From an uncultured bacterium (GTDB lineage Bacteria; Patescibacteriota; Patescibacteriia; Patescibacteriales; UBA12465): 64,000 nt of DNA. Both the position numbers and the translations under genes were made by a program. Location: the NCBI GenBank assembly GCA_903945435.1, contig CAJAVM010000001.1, forward strand, positions 9,071 to 73,070. Direction: 5' to 3'. Each line of letters begins with the position of its first letter. Position 1 is the first letter of the stretch. Shown one piece after another: positions 29,293 to 38,867 of this stretch. The notes beneath the pieces were generated by a model. The model searched no databases, was not told the origin of the DNA, and worked only from the letters and a program-made list of their open reading frames with translations.

Positions 29293-30222
29293 TTACGCCC
29301 TTATTTTATCAGCAACATTCATTGAACTTTTAATCGCATCTTCAAAAGAGATACGGCGTCTAATTATTTTTTGTATTGTCTCTTTAGCAACTTCGATTTC
29401 TCTTTGTTCACCATTATCCTGATAAGCTAATTTAATAGTTTGTTCTTGGCCTTTATTTAGAATATTAATATGTATACCTTCCGTTTCCGTCCAACCATTT
29501 TTTAAGTCAGCAATAAATTCATCACGCGCTTTTGCCCCAGATTGCTCTTTGATAACCTCGGCCAAAAACGGCTCAGCGACCGATTGATGAGTCGCTAAAT
29601 ATCTTTCCAGATGACTCGGAAATTCCTCGCCCTCTTTTTTCTTATCAATAGCTAAACGATTAAAATTATTTCCAACCTTACTATATTTATCAACAATCTC
29701 AGCAATGTTTCCCGCTTGACGTAAATAGGTTGTAGAAATATTATCACCTTTTGTAATCGCCAACATATCACTTTCATTAGCGAGCCAATCCATGTACCTG
29801 CCAGCCTTAAAGGCGGCCATTCCTTCCGCTTCAATTGGTCCATCAAGATTAAAAGCCAAACGTTCATCACGATATATTTTTTTACCAACTTTAATTTCCT
29901 CAGATATTTTTTTATCCATTTCTTCCAAACTATCATTAACCCCAATATTTTCCTCATTAGCTCCCATAATTAACATCGCTGTTTCTGCAGTTCTATCCAT
30001 CGGACTAGCGCCAGCAACTGCAACATTAATATCGGGATTCATTTTTAATCCTTTATCATGTGCCAACTCCCTACCTTCAGGTGTTAATAGTAATTCTGAG
30101 TTTAGTCTATTAGGATCATTCTCTTTTTTACTATGACGGAAGATTTCTAACTTAATCTCCGTTGTTAGCGGTTTTTCGGCTTCCGCTTGTTTTTCCGGAG
30201 TAAATTTAAATGAGTTAAACAT
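29293..30222 (-). CDS. Histidine phosphatase superfamily protein
   Basis: EIFRHS, LT.EG, ASPMDRT.ET, ATH. Confidence 0.8.
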   Translation of the reverse strand: MFNSFKFTPEKQAEAEKPLTTEIKLEIFRHSKKENDPNRLNSELLLTPEGRELAHDKGLKMNPDINVAVAGASPMDRTAETAMLIMGANEENIGVNDSLEEMDKKISEEIKVGKKIYRDERLAFNLDGPIEAEGMAAFKAGRYMDWLANESDMLAITKGDNISTTYLRQAGNIAEIVDKYSKVGNNFNRLAIDKKKEGEEFPSHLERYLATHQSVAEPFLAEVIKEQSGAKARDEFIADLKNGWTETEGIHINILNKGQEQTIKLAYQDNGEQREIEVAKETIQKIIRRRISFEDAIKSSMNVADKIRA

Positions 30223-30227
30223 ACAAT

Positions 30228-31685
30228 TTATTTTTTTAATATTTTAATACTTCCTTTATTTGCATCTACCTCTAGCCAGTCATTATCTTTTATTTCTTTA
30301 CTTACATGAGCTACGCCAACAACACAAGGTATTTTCATTTCCCGACTAATTACAGAAACGTGGGCAGTAATACCGCCTTCTTCCGCTACAATAGCGGCGA
30401 CTCTAGATAAAATCGGTACAAAATCTGGCCCAGTATTCATCACGACTAAAATATCTCCTTTATTTACTTTGTGAAAATCTTTCGGCGAATGAACAACTTT
30501 AGCTCTTCCACTCACCTTACCGACGCAAGCAGTTCGCCCCTTAAATTCGCCAGTAATATTTTTAGAGTAGGTTAAAAACTTCTTTTCATATTTATCAGCT
30601 AATGCGCCAACATATCTTGCTCTAATTTTGCCAGTTAAACTAACAAAAACCGAATGCCTTTGATAAATTAGAGCTTCTTTTTTATTATATTTACCAGTTA
30701 ACGCTAATTTGATAGCGTCTAAATGACTTAAGTCTTTGATAAAACCGGCTTTAAGTCCTGTACGTTTAGATATTTCCTGAAAAATAACTTCTCCAAATAA
30801 CTGCAGTTTATTAGTCGAAAATTTAAAATAATCTTTTAAATAACTTACCTCTCCGGCAACTTTGGCTACCTTTTTATCGGCTGAAGATAATCTAGTAATC
30901 ACCAATCGTTTTTCTTTTTGTTCTTTTTTGAAATTATCTTTAAGAGCTTGTAAAAGTTTAACCGGATTACGTTTAATTAACGCTGATAATCTATTTTCAT
31001 AACTCGCTAGAGTTGCAAGCGGCTCATCATAGTAACCGAGCGTTAACCAATAAAATTTATTATAAATTTTATTGAGTTCTTTTTTGTAGATATCTGATTT
31101 TATATTAATGGTTTTGTTTTTTACCTTACTAGCTAAAGTTAATAAAGCAATATTTTCTTGAGTTGCAAAACTTTGACGAGAAGAAGCTGATAAAAGACTG
31201 CTATAATCTGCTGTTTTTAAATGACCAGATGAATTTTTAAAATATTCCAATACGCCGCGGTCTATCAAACGCAAAGTCATAGCTGCTTTATGAAGCTCCT
31301 GAGTTTGTAAATAATAAAAAGCTAAAAGTTCACTTAATTTTTTATCATCTAAAGCAACGATGTCCAAAGAACTAATATGTTTTATGGCTCGTTCACGAAT
31401 TTCAGTTAAATAATTTTCTAGCCTGATTAGTAGTTCAGGTTTTTTAGAAAATTTATCTAACACCGATAGAAAATGCCCCTCATCTTTCAAGGCGTAGTAA
31501 ATTTGAAACTTACTATCCTTGTATTCAACGATAGTAATCGTATTAATAGGAAATAAATTATGTTTTTGCCAACAATAGTTAGCTACTACCTCGGCAATGT
31601 AAAGATGCGAGGAGCGACTCGCTTCAAGAATTATATCATAGCCAGTTAAATCAAATATTCTATTATCCAGCGCGCCTTTTTTCAT
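30228..31685 (-). CDS. RPH-like helical domain + phospho-His swivel domain protein
   Basis: NKFYWL; AEEGGITAHVSVISREMKIPCVVG. Confidence 0.88.
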   Translation of the reverse strand: MKKGALDNRIFDLTGYDIILEASRSSHLYIAEVVANYCWQKHNLFPINTITIVEYKDSKFQIYYALKDEGHFLSVLDKFSKKPELLIRLENYLTEIRERAIKHISSLDIVALDDKKLSELLAFYYLQTQELHKAAMTLRLIDRGVLEYFKNSSGHLKTADYSSLLSASSRQSFATQENIALLTLASKVKNKTINIKSDIYKKELNKIYNKFYWLTLGYYDEPLATLASYENRLSALIKRNPVKLLQALKDNFKKEQKEKRLVITRLSSADKKVAKVAGEVSYLKDYFKFSTNKLQLFGEVIFQEISKRTGLKAGFIKDLSHLDAIKLALTGKYNKKEALIYQRHSVFVSLTGKIRARYVGALADKYEKKFLTYSKNITGEFKGRTACVGKVSGRAKVVHSPKDFHKVNKGDILVVMNTGPDFVPILSRVAAIVAEEGGITAHVSVISREMKIPCVVGVAHVSKEIKDNDWLEVDANKGSIKILKK

Positions 31686-31686
31686 A

Positions 31687-32988
31687 TTATCTTTTTAATA
31701 TTTTAACGATTCCGTGATTGGCATCGACTTCTATCAAATCACCGTCTTTAATTACCGTAGTCGCAATTTTAGTCCCAATAACACAGGGCTTTTTAAGCTC
31801 TCGAGCAATAATAGCAGCGTGACAAGTTAGCCCACCCTCGTTAGTAACAAAGGCGGCTGCTTTTTTCATAGCCTGCAAAAAATCAGGCGAGGTCATATAT
31901 GTAACTAGGATATCTCCTTTTTGTACTTTAGACACTTCTTTAATGCTAAGTACTACTTTAGCAATTCCCTTAACGCAACCTAGCTGAGCAGTCATCCCTT
32001 TAATCTCAGAAGTTTCTTCTTTACTAACTTGTTTAGAAAAAATATTACCATCCATCATGCAGACCTTCCCTTGATAATCAACACATGACATATTACTAGA
32101 ATATTTTTGTAGTTTCCCTGATATTAAATCGCTAAACTGATAATATTTTAAATCTTGAAAACTCATCCCGTATTTTTTAGCTGCTTCTTTCAAAATTGGA
32201 CGAGATAAAAAAATCAATTCATAGAAAGCATCGGTTCTTCTCGTTCTTAAATAAACTAATTCCCTCGCCTCCTTATATATGTTTACTAAAGGTTTTGGGA
32301 TTTCTGGATAAATATGATTTTTATGTTTTTTGATATTAGATTTATGCTCTTTTAACTCCTCTAAACTATAGGGACGCGCAAAACCATCGCGAGCTCTCAT
32401 CCAAGAATATTTTTTTCTAATTTCTTTCAAATCAATTCCGGTACGCATTTCCGCCTCCATCAGTTCAAGTGCATTTTTTTTATCAGGATAAGCCGCATCA
32501 CCAATATATTTATCAATATCGGTTGAAATATATTTAGCAGTTTTGGTTTTCATTTCCTTCCATAGAACGTGTTCCAACATATGTGCCGACCAAATATATG
32601 AACCTGTTTTATGAAAAATATCATCTAGTATTAACAGCTTCTTGTTAAGTGGAGTCTTTTTATCGCGACAAAGAGAAACTACTTGGGCATAACTCTTTTG
32701 ATAAAATATTTCTAAGCTATCAGATATTTCAGAAATACGATGGGCTTTAAGCCAATCTTTTAACGTTGGGACTATATCGTCAAATACTTCATCGGACCAA
32801 TACCAATGGCCCTCAGTAAAAACAAAGGATTTTAGCTCCCAGCCCTTAAGCCCAATTTTTGTAAATGCTTCTTTTGAAGCAGAGCCTGCTAAAAGAGACA
32901 TCATAAAAGCATAAAAATTACGCTTTAACCAAAGCTCCCATTTATACTTAAGGACTTGTTTTAAAACTTGTTGGGATTTTTTAGCCAT
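31687..32988 (-). CDS. RPH-like helical domain + phospho-His swivel domain protein
   Basis: KKYSWM, YLRTRRTD; TNEGGLTCHAAIIARELKKPCVIGT. Confidence 0.88.
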   Translation of the reverse strand: MAKKSQQVLKQVLKYKWELWLKRNFYAFMMSLLAGSASKEAFTKIGLKGWELKSFVFTEGHWYWSDEVFDDIVPTLKDWLKAHRISEISDSLEIFYQKSYAQVVSLCRDKKTPLNKKLLILDDIFHKTGSYIWSAHMLEHVLWKEMKTKTAKYISTDIDKYIGDAAYPDKKNALELMEAEMRTGIDLKEIRKKYSWMRARDGFARPYSLEELKEHKSNIKKHKNHIYPEIPKPLVNIYKEARELVYLRTRRTDAFYELIFLSRPILKEAAKKYGMSFQDLKYYQFSDLISGKLQKYSSNMSCVDYQGKVCMMDGNIFSKQVSKEETSEIKGMTAQLGCVKGIAKVVLSIKEVSKVQKGDILVTYMTSPDFLQAMKKAAAFVTNEGGLTCHAAIIARELKKPCVIGTKIATTVIKDGDLIEVDANHGIVKILKR

Positions 32989-32989
32989 A

Positions 32990-34405
32990 TTATTTTAATA
33001 TTTTAATAATTCCCTTATTTGCATCAACTTCAACCATATCGCCATCTTGCAGTACCTTGGTCGCTATCTTAGTTCCAACGATGCAAGGCTTATTTAACTC
33101 TCGAGAAACAATCGCCGCATGAGATGTTATTCCTCCTTCATTCGTAATAATCGCGACCGCTTTTTTCATAACCATCATAAAAGATGGCGAAGTATAGTGA
33201 GCGACCAATATTTCTCCAACTTTAAATTTTTTAAAATCTTGAGGGCCCATCACGAATCTCACCTTACCCTTAGCGATTCCAGAAGAAACTGGGACACCTT
33301 TAATTTCTGTAACGGCAGATTCTTGTGCTAAATATTTATCAACTACCTTTTTTACTAAATCTGTTTGATAAATAAATAATTCGTGAGTACTTTTTTGATT
33401 GGCTGACGTAAAAATAATCATTTCACGCTTAATTCTTTTTTCAAGAATATCTCTGCTAGGTAAAATCCTCTTTTCTAAATATAAAATTATTTCTTGATTG
33501 GTAAGATTCACGGCATGATAATAAGAAAACCAGGATAACTCGTATTTAACTAAATCGGATAATTTATCAAAAAATACGCGCATTCCGGTTAAGGCCTGGT
33601 TATAAACTTCTATTCTATCCGTTCTAATATTTACATATTCATGAATAATATTAGCCATTAATTTATCCTTGCCCTTTAAAAGTCTAATTGCTTTCTGATA
33701 AGCTCTTTTATTATTAGATATGGTTGAGCGATAGCTCTTGATTGCCTTAATAACATCAGGTTTAGATATCTCTTTTATTTTTTTATCAATATCTTTTTTA
33801 TCCATTAGCTTTTCCTTCAAAGAATACTCATTAAGCCAGGCATACTTTTTTATTAATTTATCATAATTGATATTTTTTCCCATCTTTACAAGTTCAAGCT
33901 GAAATTCCTGATATTTAAACAGCTGAGTTGGGCCAGAAATATCGGTAATAAGTTCAGTATTTTTCGACTTAGCAGCAAAACGATGATATAAATCATCTTC
34001 AATAATATATGGAGAAATAAAATAGACGCTAAAAGAATTTAAGGTTTTATCCCACATTTTATAAAAATTCAACAAACTTGTACGGTCTGTTTTTATTCGT
34101 TTTGCTTTTTGTCCACACTGAATTAAATTTTTACCTAAAATTTTATAAGCACTTAAATGTTTAGAAAAGTTTTTTTCCTGCAATATATTATCAACAAAGC
34201 TTTTATATTTCTGATGAGCATTTTTCTCTATCCAAATAGAATCTTTCCCATCTGGTAGCGGAGTATACAAGGAAGAAATCCCTAAAATATTACGACAAAA
34301 AATACCGACGATACAAGCTCTCTGTACAGTAAAAGGACGAGAAGCCATTACTTCGTATTTGTCCTTATTTTTAATTATTTGGTTGGCCAGCTGACTTTCG
34401 GTCAT
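32990..34405 (-). CDS. RPH-like helical domain + phospho-His swivel domain protein
   Basis: KKYAWL, NIRTDRIE; TNEGGITSHAAIVSRELNKPCIVGT. Confidence 0.88.
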   Translation of the reverse strand: MTESQLANQIIKNKDKYEVMASRPFTVQRACIVGIFCRNILGISSLYTPLPDGKDSIWIEKNAHQKYKSFVDNILQEKNFSKHLSAYKILGKNLIQCGQKAKRIKTDRTSLLNFYKMWDKTLNSFSVYFISPYIIEDDLYHRFAAKSKNTELITDISGPTQLFKYQEFQLELVKMGKNINYDKLIKKYAWLNEYSLKEKLMDKKDIDKKIKEISKPDVIKAIKSYRSTISNNKRAYQKAIRLLKGKDKLMANIIHEYVNIRTDRIEVYNQALTGMRVFFDKLSDLVKYELSWFSYYHAVNLTNQEIILYLEKRILPSRDILEKRIKREMIIFTSANQKSTHELFIYQTDLVKKVVDKYLAQESAVTEIKGVPVSSGIAKGKVRFVMGPQDFKKFKVGEILVAHYTSPSFMMVMKKAVAIITNEGGITSHAAIVSRELNKPCIVGTKIATKVLQDGDMVEVDANKGIIKILK

Positions 34406-34406
34406 T

Positions 34407-35747
34407 TTATTTTTTTAATATCTTAACCGCCCCCTTATTGGCGTCTACTTCAACCATGTCTCCGTCTTTCAATATTTTAGTCGCATTTTTAGTACCAATA
34501 ACACAGGGTTTTTTCATTTCTCTAGCTAAAATTGCCGCATGACAAGTAATGCCCCCTTCATCGGTTATAAAAGCAGATGCTTTTTTCATCGCCATCACCA
34601 TACTCGGCGTTGTCATAGATGCAACTAATACGTTCCCCTTCTTGAAATCATCCATATCCTTAGGACTATGAATTATTTTAACCAAGCCAGTCGCAACCCC
34701 CGGAAAAGCAGTGCGGCCTGTAATAATATCACTAATCTCTTTTTCTGAACCTAGCTTCTTAAAATAAGCTATTTCTTTTCCAGAAAATATTCTTGTTTTA
34801 CCATGACTGAAACAAGAAACAAATTCTTGTTTTCTAGCTTCTAATATTTTCCGAGTCGGTATATTATTTTTGACTAATTCATCATATGAACAGTGGATTA
34901 CATCTTCATAACCCATTTCTAAACTAGCTGCTAAATTTGATAATCGCTCGTGATAGGCAAAAAATATTTTATTTAAAATATCTGTTCTATGTGTACGATA
35001 ATATATAAAAAATTGCATTACATCAACATAATAAGATTTTTCACCTAATATTTTTTTAGCTTGTATGATAGCCTTTTTAGTTTCTTTTCTATTTTTATCA
35101 TCACTAAAATTTTTATCCTTTTTTAAATCTTTTAAAATATCAAAAGCTTCTTTATTGCTCAAAAAATGATGTTTACCGTAGCGAGAAAAATTCCAAGAAT
35201 GTTTTTTTATAAAACCATTAATATTTTCAGTTTTTAAAAACCAACGTTTTATTTTTTGATCCAAATTCAATTCTAAGGGAAGATTCAGATGAGACATTAA
35301 AATATCTACTTCTTTAATCGGAACTTTTTTGTTTAATTCTTTTCTTAAATAATCATCTATTGCGTCATCACAAATATGATATAAAGCTAGAGCCGGTTGA
35401 TAAGCGAGGTACTGCGTAAATAAAGAGGTAAAATCTTTTGGTGTACCCGCTTTCATTGTCTGTAAGATTTCTTTTTCTCGTTGTAAAGTTATTTTCTTTA
35501 AATGTAAAAAATTATCTTCGCTTTTTAAAACGTGTCTAGTTGCTTTTTGAGCAAAATCAACTAAATGGTACTCGGGATAGTAAAAAATACCCTCAATTTC
35601 AATAACGTCTTGTAATTTATAACTTAAACCTAAAAATTCTTTCCATTTTTTTTGATTACTAAAACCGATAAAAAACAAAGAGGCCATTAATGGACAGTAA
35701 GGTCGATTAACAGTTTTGATAAACTTTACTCCTCGATATTTAAACAT
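34407..35747 (-). CDS. RPH-like helical domain + phospho-His swivel domain protein
   Basis: [38 protein letters not shown]. Confidence 0.88.
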   Translation of the reverse strand: MFKYRGVKFIKTVNRPYCPLMASLFFIGFSNQKKWKEFLGLSYKLQDVIEIEGIFYYPEYHLVDFAQKATRHVLKSEDNFLHLKKITLQREKEILQTMKAGTPKDFTSLFTQYLAYQPALALYHICDDAIDDYLRKELNKKVPIKEVDILMSHLNLPLELNLDQKIKRWFLKTENINGFIKKHSWNFSRYGKHHFLSNKEAFDILKDLKKDKNFSDDKNRKETKKAIIQAKKILGEKSYYVDVMQFFIYYRTHRTDILNKIFFAYHERLSNLAASLEMGYEDVIHCSYDELVKNNIPTRKILEARKQEFVSCFSHGKTRIFSGKEIAYFKKLGSEKEISDIITGRTAFPGVATGLVKIIHSPKDMDDFKKGNVLVASMTTPSMVMAMKKASAFITDEGGITCHAAILAREMKKPCVIGTKNATKILKDGDMVEVDANKGAVKILKK

Positions 35748-35753
35748 AAACCT

Positions 35754-37253
35754 CTATTTTATTATTCTAACTACTCCTTTATTAGCATCGACTTCTACTA
35801 AATCTCCATCTTTTAATATTTTAGTAGCGATTTTAGTTCCAATAATACAAGGGGTTTTCAATTCGCGTGAAACAATCGCCGCGTGACATGTTACTCCGCC
35901 AGTATTAGTAATAATAGCAGCCGCCTTATTCATAGCAGGGACTAGAGAAGGATTAGTCGAAAAACTAACTAAGATATCGCCTTCTTTAAATTTTTCTAAA
36001 TCACTCAGAGCATTTACAATCTTAACAGTTCCCTTTACCTTACCCGGATAAGCAGTATTACCTTTTATTTCGCGGCTTTCTTTAATAGATATATCAATCG
36101 GAAAAAACATTTCTTTATACTTGAGTGCTTTCGGTCCAGAATAAAACTTTTCTTTACCATTAACTAAAATTACCGCCAAAGCTTGATAACGACGACTCAA
36201 TTCTTCAACTAGAGGCTTTTTCCCCTTCATAAGCCAAGCCTCTATTTCTGCAGGAAATAAATATTTAGCTAGTGTCGCCGTACAATATAAACGACGAGCG
36301 GCCTCCTGAAACCATTTATGCATTGCGAAATTTAATCTATAAATCTGAACTTCTTTACGAAGTTCCTTAATATAAGAAAATTCTTGTAAGGCGATAATTT
36401 GCTTTTGCAAATTCTTATCAAGGCCCTTCATCATTTTCTCTTGCCATTTTTTCAGAACAATTTTCTCATTCTTTTTATTAAACAGGGCTTGCGTTGGATT
36501 CTTTTTATATCTTTTTAATAAATCATAATAATAGCTAACATCAGCCGCCTGACCATCATAATAAAATTGCATCCAGCCAAACTTTTTTACTAAACTTTTT
36601 AAATCTCTCAACATTTCTTTCGGTAAATCAGTTATCTGTTTACTTTTAAGAAATACTGCCCACGATTTTGATTGCTTCTCCCAACTAACTAAACAATTCA
36701 AAACTGCAATTTGTTCTTTATATAAATATGTATCAGCTAGCGGAGTTATTAAGCGGCTAAAAGTAGTTTCTAAATCATTTATATTTTTTACATATTTACC
36801 TAATGATATTTTTACTCTATCGGATAATTTATCATCGCTCATATCCATATATGCCGGTATACCCGCTAAATAACCGCAACCAATCCAAATTTTATGGAAT
36901 TCATCATACCAAGCAAATAACTTTTTATCACTTATTCCCTTCAAATCAAAGGCTAACAATTTATTAACAAAAATATTTATTTTACGGAAAGAAGCTAATT
37001 GATTAGAAACAATACGACCAACGAATTTATCGTCTTTATTCATCTGTTGCTCAAAATAATTTCCACTCCCAGCAAATCTTTCATGAATAGGTCCCCAAGT
37101 TACTTTTTCTTTTTCGAAAATATAAAGATTATCGATGTAAATTCCTCTCCCAGTTAATTCATAATTAACATGACCAAAGATCTCATTCCAAAAAATCCAC
37201 GGATGAGGAGGAATATTATAGTCTTCAACTAAAATTGTAAATTTTGGTTTCAT
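35754..37253 (-). CDS. RPH-like helical domain + phospho-His swivel domain protein
   Basis: KKFGWM, YIKELRKE; TNTGGVTCHAAIVSRELKTPCIIGT. Confidence 0.88.
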   Translation of the reverse strand: MKPKFTILVEDYNIPPHPWIFWNEIFGHVNYELTGRGIYIDNLYIFEKEKVTWGPIHERFAGSGNYFEQQMNKDDKFVGRIVSNQLASFRKINIFVNKLLAFDLKGISDKKLFAWYDEFHKIWIGCGYLAGIPAYMDMSDDKLSDRVKISLGKYVKNINDLETTFSRLITPLADTYLYKEQIAVLNCLVSWEKQSKSWAVFLKSKQITDLPKEMLRDLKSLVKKFGWMQFYYDGQAADVSYYYDLLKRYKKNPTQALFNKKNEKIVLKKWQEKMMKGLDKNLQKQIIALQEFSYIKELRKEVQIYRLNFAMHKWFQEAARRLYCTATLAKYLFPAEIEAWLMKGKKPLVEELSRRYQALAVILVNGKEKFYSGPKALKYKEMFFPIDISIKESREIKGNTAYPGKVKGTVKIVNALSDLEKFKEGDILVSFSTNPSLVPAMNKAAAIITNTGGVTCHAAIVSRELKTPCIIGTKIATKILKDGDLVEVDANKGVVRIIK

Positions 37254-37257
37254 ATAT

Positions 37258-37671
37258 TTATTTAACTCTCATGAGGCTCGACTTATATTTTTCCGGATGA
37301 TGAGCCGTAAGCCTTTTGATTTCACAAAAAAAGCGCTCATTAGCAATAAATTGCTCAAGCGCTTCTAAATCTACTTGTTGATCATAACCTAAACAAATAA
37401 CATCAGGACGTAATTCTTTTACTAACTGCCATCTATCAACTGAATTTCCAAGTATCACTCGCCCTTTTATTCCCAACTCCTTAAGGGCTTCCTCTACTTT
37501 TTGACGACGAGTTTCTTCGCCTTCCTGAGGTAAATGCTTTTTTATTTTTAAAACATTCTTATCACGAGCGACAATAGCGATAAGCTCATCCCCAAAAACT
37601 CCGGCCTGAGATAAATAAGAGAGATGGCCGGGATGAAGATTATCAAAAGTTCCAAACGCCATGACGCGCAT
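37258..37671 (-). CDS. Cytidylyltransferase-family protein, archaeal-type FAD synthase (RibL)-like
   Basis: FGTFD.LHPGH, IVARD, PDVICLGYDQ, terminal KSS. Confidence 0.8.
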   Translation of the reverse strand: MRVMAFGTFDNLHPGHLSYLSQAGVFGDELIAIVARDKNVLKIKKHLPQEGEETRRQKVEEALKELGIKGRVILGNSVDRWQLVKELRPDVICLGYDQQVDLEALEQFIANERFFCEIKRLTAHHPEKYKSSLMRVK

Positions 37672-37678
37672 AGGCTTA

Positions 37679-38830
37679 TTATTTCACTTCTTTTTTCAAG
37701 GCTGCGACTTTATCAGTTTTTTCCCAAGCAAACTCATTTCTACCAAAATGACCATAAGCAGCCGTCTTTTGAAATACTGGCTTCTTAAGTTCTAAAGTAT
37801 TAATAATAGCACTTGGTCTAAAATCAAAAACTTTTTCAATTGCTTTTAAAATATTAGTCTCTGAAAATTTACCTGTTCCAAAAGTATCAATATAAATACC
37901 AACTGGCTTAGCAACGCCAATTGCATAGGCAACTTGCAATTCACATTTATCAGCTAACCCAGCGGCTACTATATTTTTCGCTACATAACGAGCCATATAA
38001 GCTCCAGAGCGGTCTACTTTTGAAGCATCCTTCCCTGAAAAACAACCGCCACCATGACGAGCATAACCGCCGTATGTATCAACAATAATTTTACGACCAG
38101 TAAGCCCTGTATCAGCTCCCGGACCACCAAAAGTAAAGGCACCAGTCGAATTGATAAAGACTTTAGTTTTTTTATCAAGCATTTTTCCTAAAACCGGAGT
38201 AATGACCTGTTTTAAAATATCGGCTCGAACTTTAGTTAATTTAACTTTTGCGCTATGGCAAGCAGCAATAACAACTGTTTCAACTCTTATCGCTTTTCCA
38301 TCATGATATTCAACTGTTACTTGAGATTTTCCGTCTGGTTTTAGATAAGGCAAGATTTTTTTATGTCTTACTTCCGCTAAACGAGCAGCTAATTTATGTG
38401 CAAGAACAATTGGTAAAGGCATTAATTCTTTAGTTTCGTTACAAGCATAACCATACATTAATCCTTGGTCTCCAGCCCCCTGTTCTTTATGTTCACCCTT
38501 TCCTTCATCAACTCCTTGAGCAATCTCTTGACTTTGTTCATGAAGTGCAGAAACTATTCCAACACTATCACAATCAAACCCTGATTCAGCATCGCTATAA
38601 CCAATATCCTTTAAAGTACGACGCACAATCTCATCAACTTTAACATATTCCTTGGTTCTTACTTCACCACCAACAACTACTAAGCCGTTGGTAACGAAAC
38701 ATTCAACCGCAGCATGACTCTCTGAGTCATGGCGCAACATTTCATCTAAAATACTATCGCTTATTCGATCGCAAACTTTATCAGGATGCCCTTCGGTAAC
38801 CGACTCCGAAGTAATTAGTTTAATATTCAT
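37679..38830 (-). CDS. metK: S-adenosylmethionine synthetase
   Basis: [44 protein letters not shown]. Confidence 0.98.
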   Translation of the reverse strand: MNIKLITSESVTEGHPDKVCDRISDSILDEMLRHDSESHAAVECFVTNGLVVVGGEVRTKEYVKVDEIVRRTLKDIGYSDAESGFDCDSVGIVSALHEQSQEIAQGVDEGKGEHKEQGAGDQGLMYGYACNETKELMPLPIVLAHKLAARLAEVRHKKILPYLKPDGKSQVTVEYHDGKAIRVETVVIAACHSAKVKLTKVRADILKQVITPVLGKMLDKKTKVFINSTGAFTFGGPGADTGLTGRKIIVDTYGGYARHGGGCFSGKDASKVDRSGAYMARYVAKNIVAAGLADKCELQVAYAIGVAKPVGIYIDTFGTGKFSETNILKAIEKVFDFRPSAIINTLELKKPVFQKTAAYGHFGRNEFAWEKTDKVAALKKEVK

Positions 38831-38867
38831 ATTTTTTATTTTATTTTTTCAAATTTAAATTTCAAGA

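Noticed and set aside
27770..35900. Recurring similar DNA at gene 3' ends as a repeat array, CRISPR or DGR template/variable repeats
   Set aside because: The similarity is explained by the conserved His-domain coding sequence with scattered synonymous differences. No reverse transcriptase, cas gene or adenine-specific pattern was seen.
27756..37253. PTS enzyme I or pyruvate kinase C-terminal domain annotation for the paralogs
   Set aside because: The His domain is C-terminal to a large helical region, with no EI PEP-binding barrel or pyruvate kinase domains. The layout matches the C-terminal two-thirds of RPH-type enzymes.
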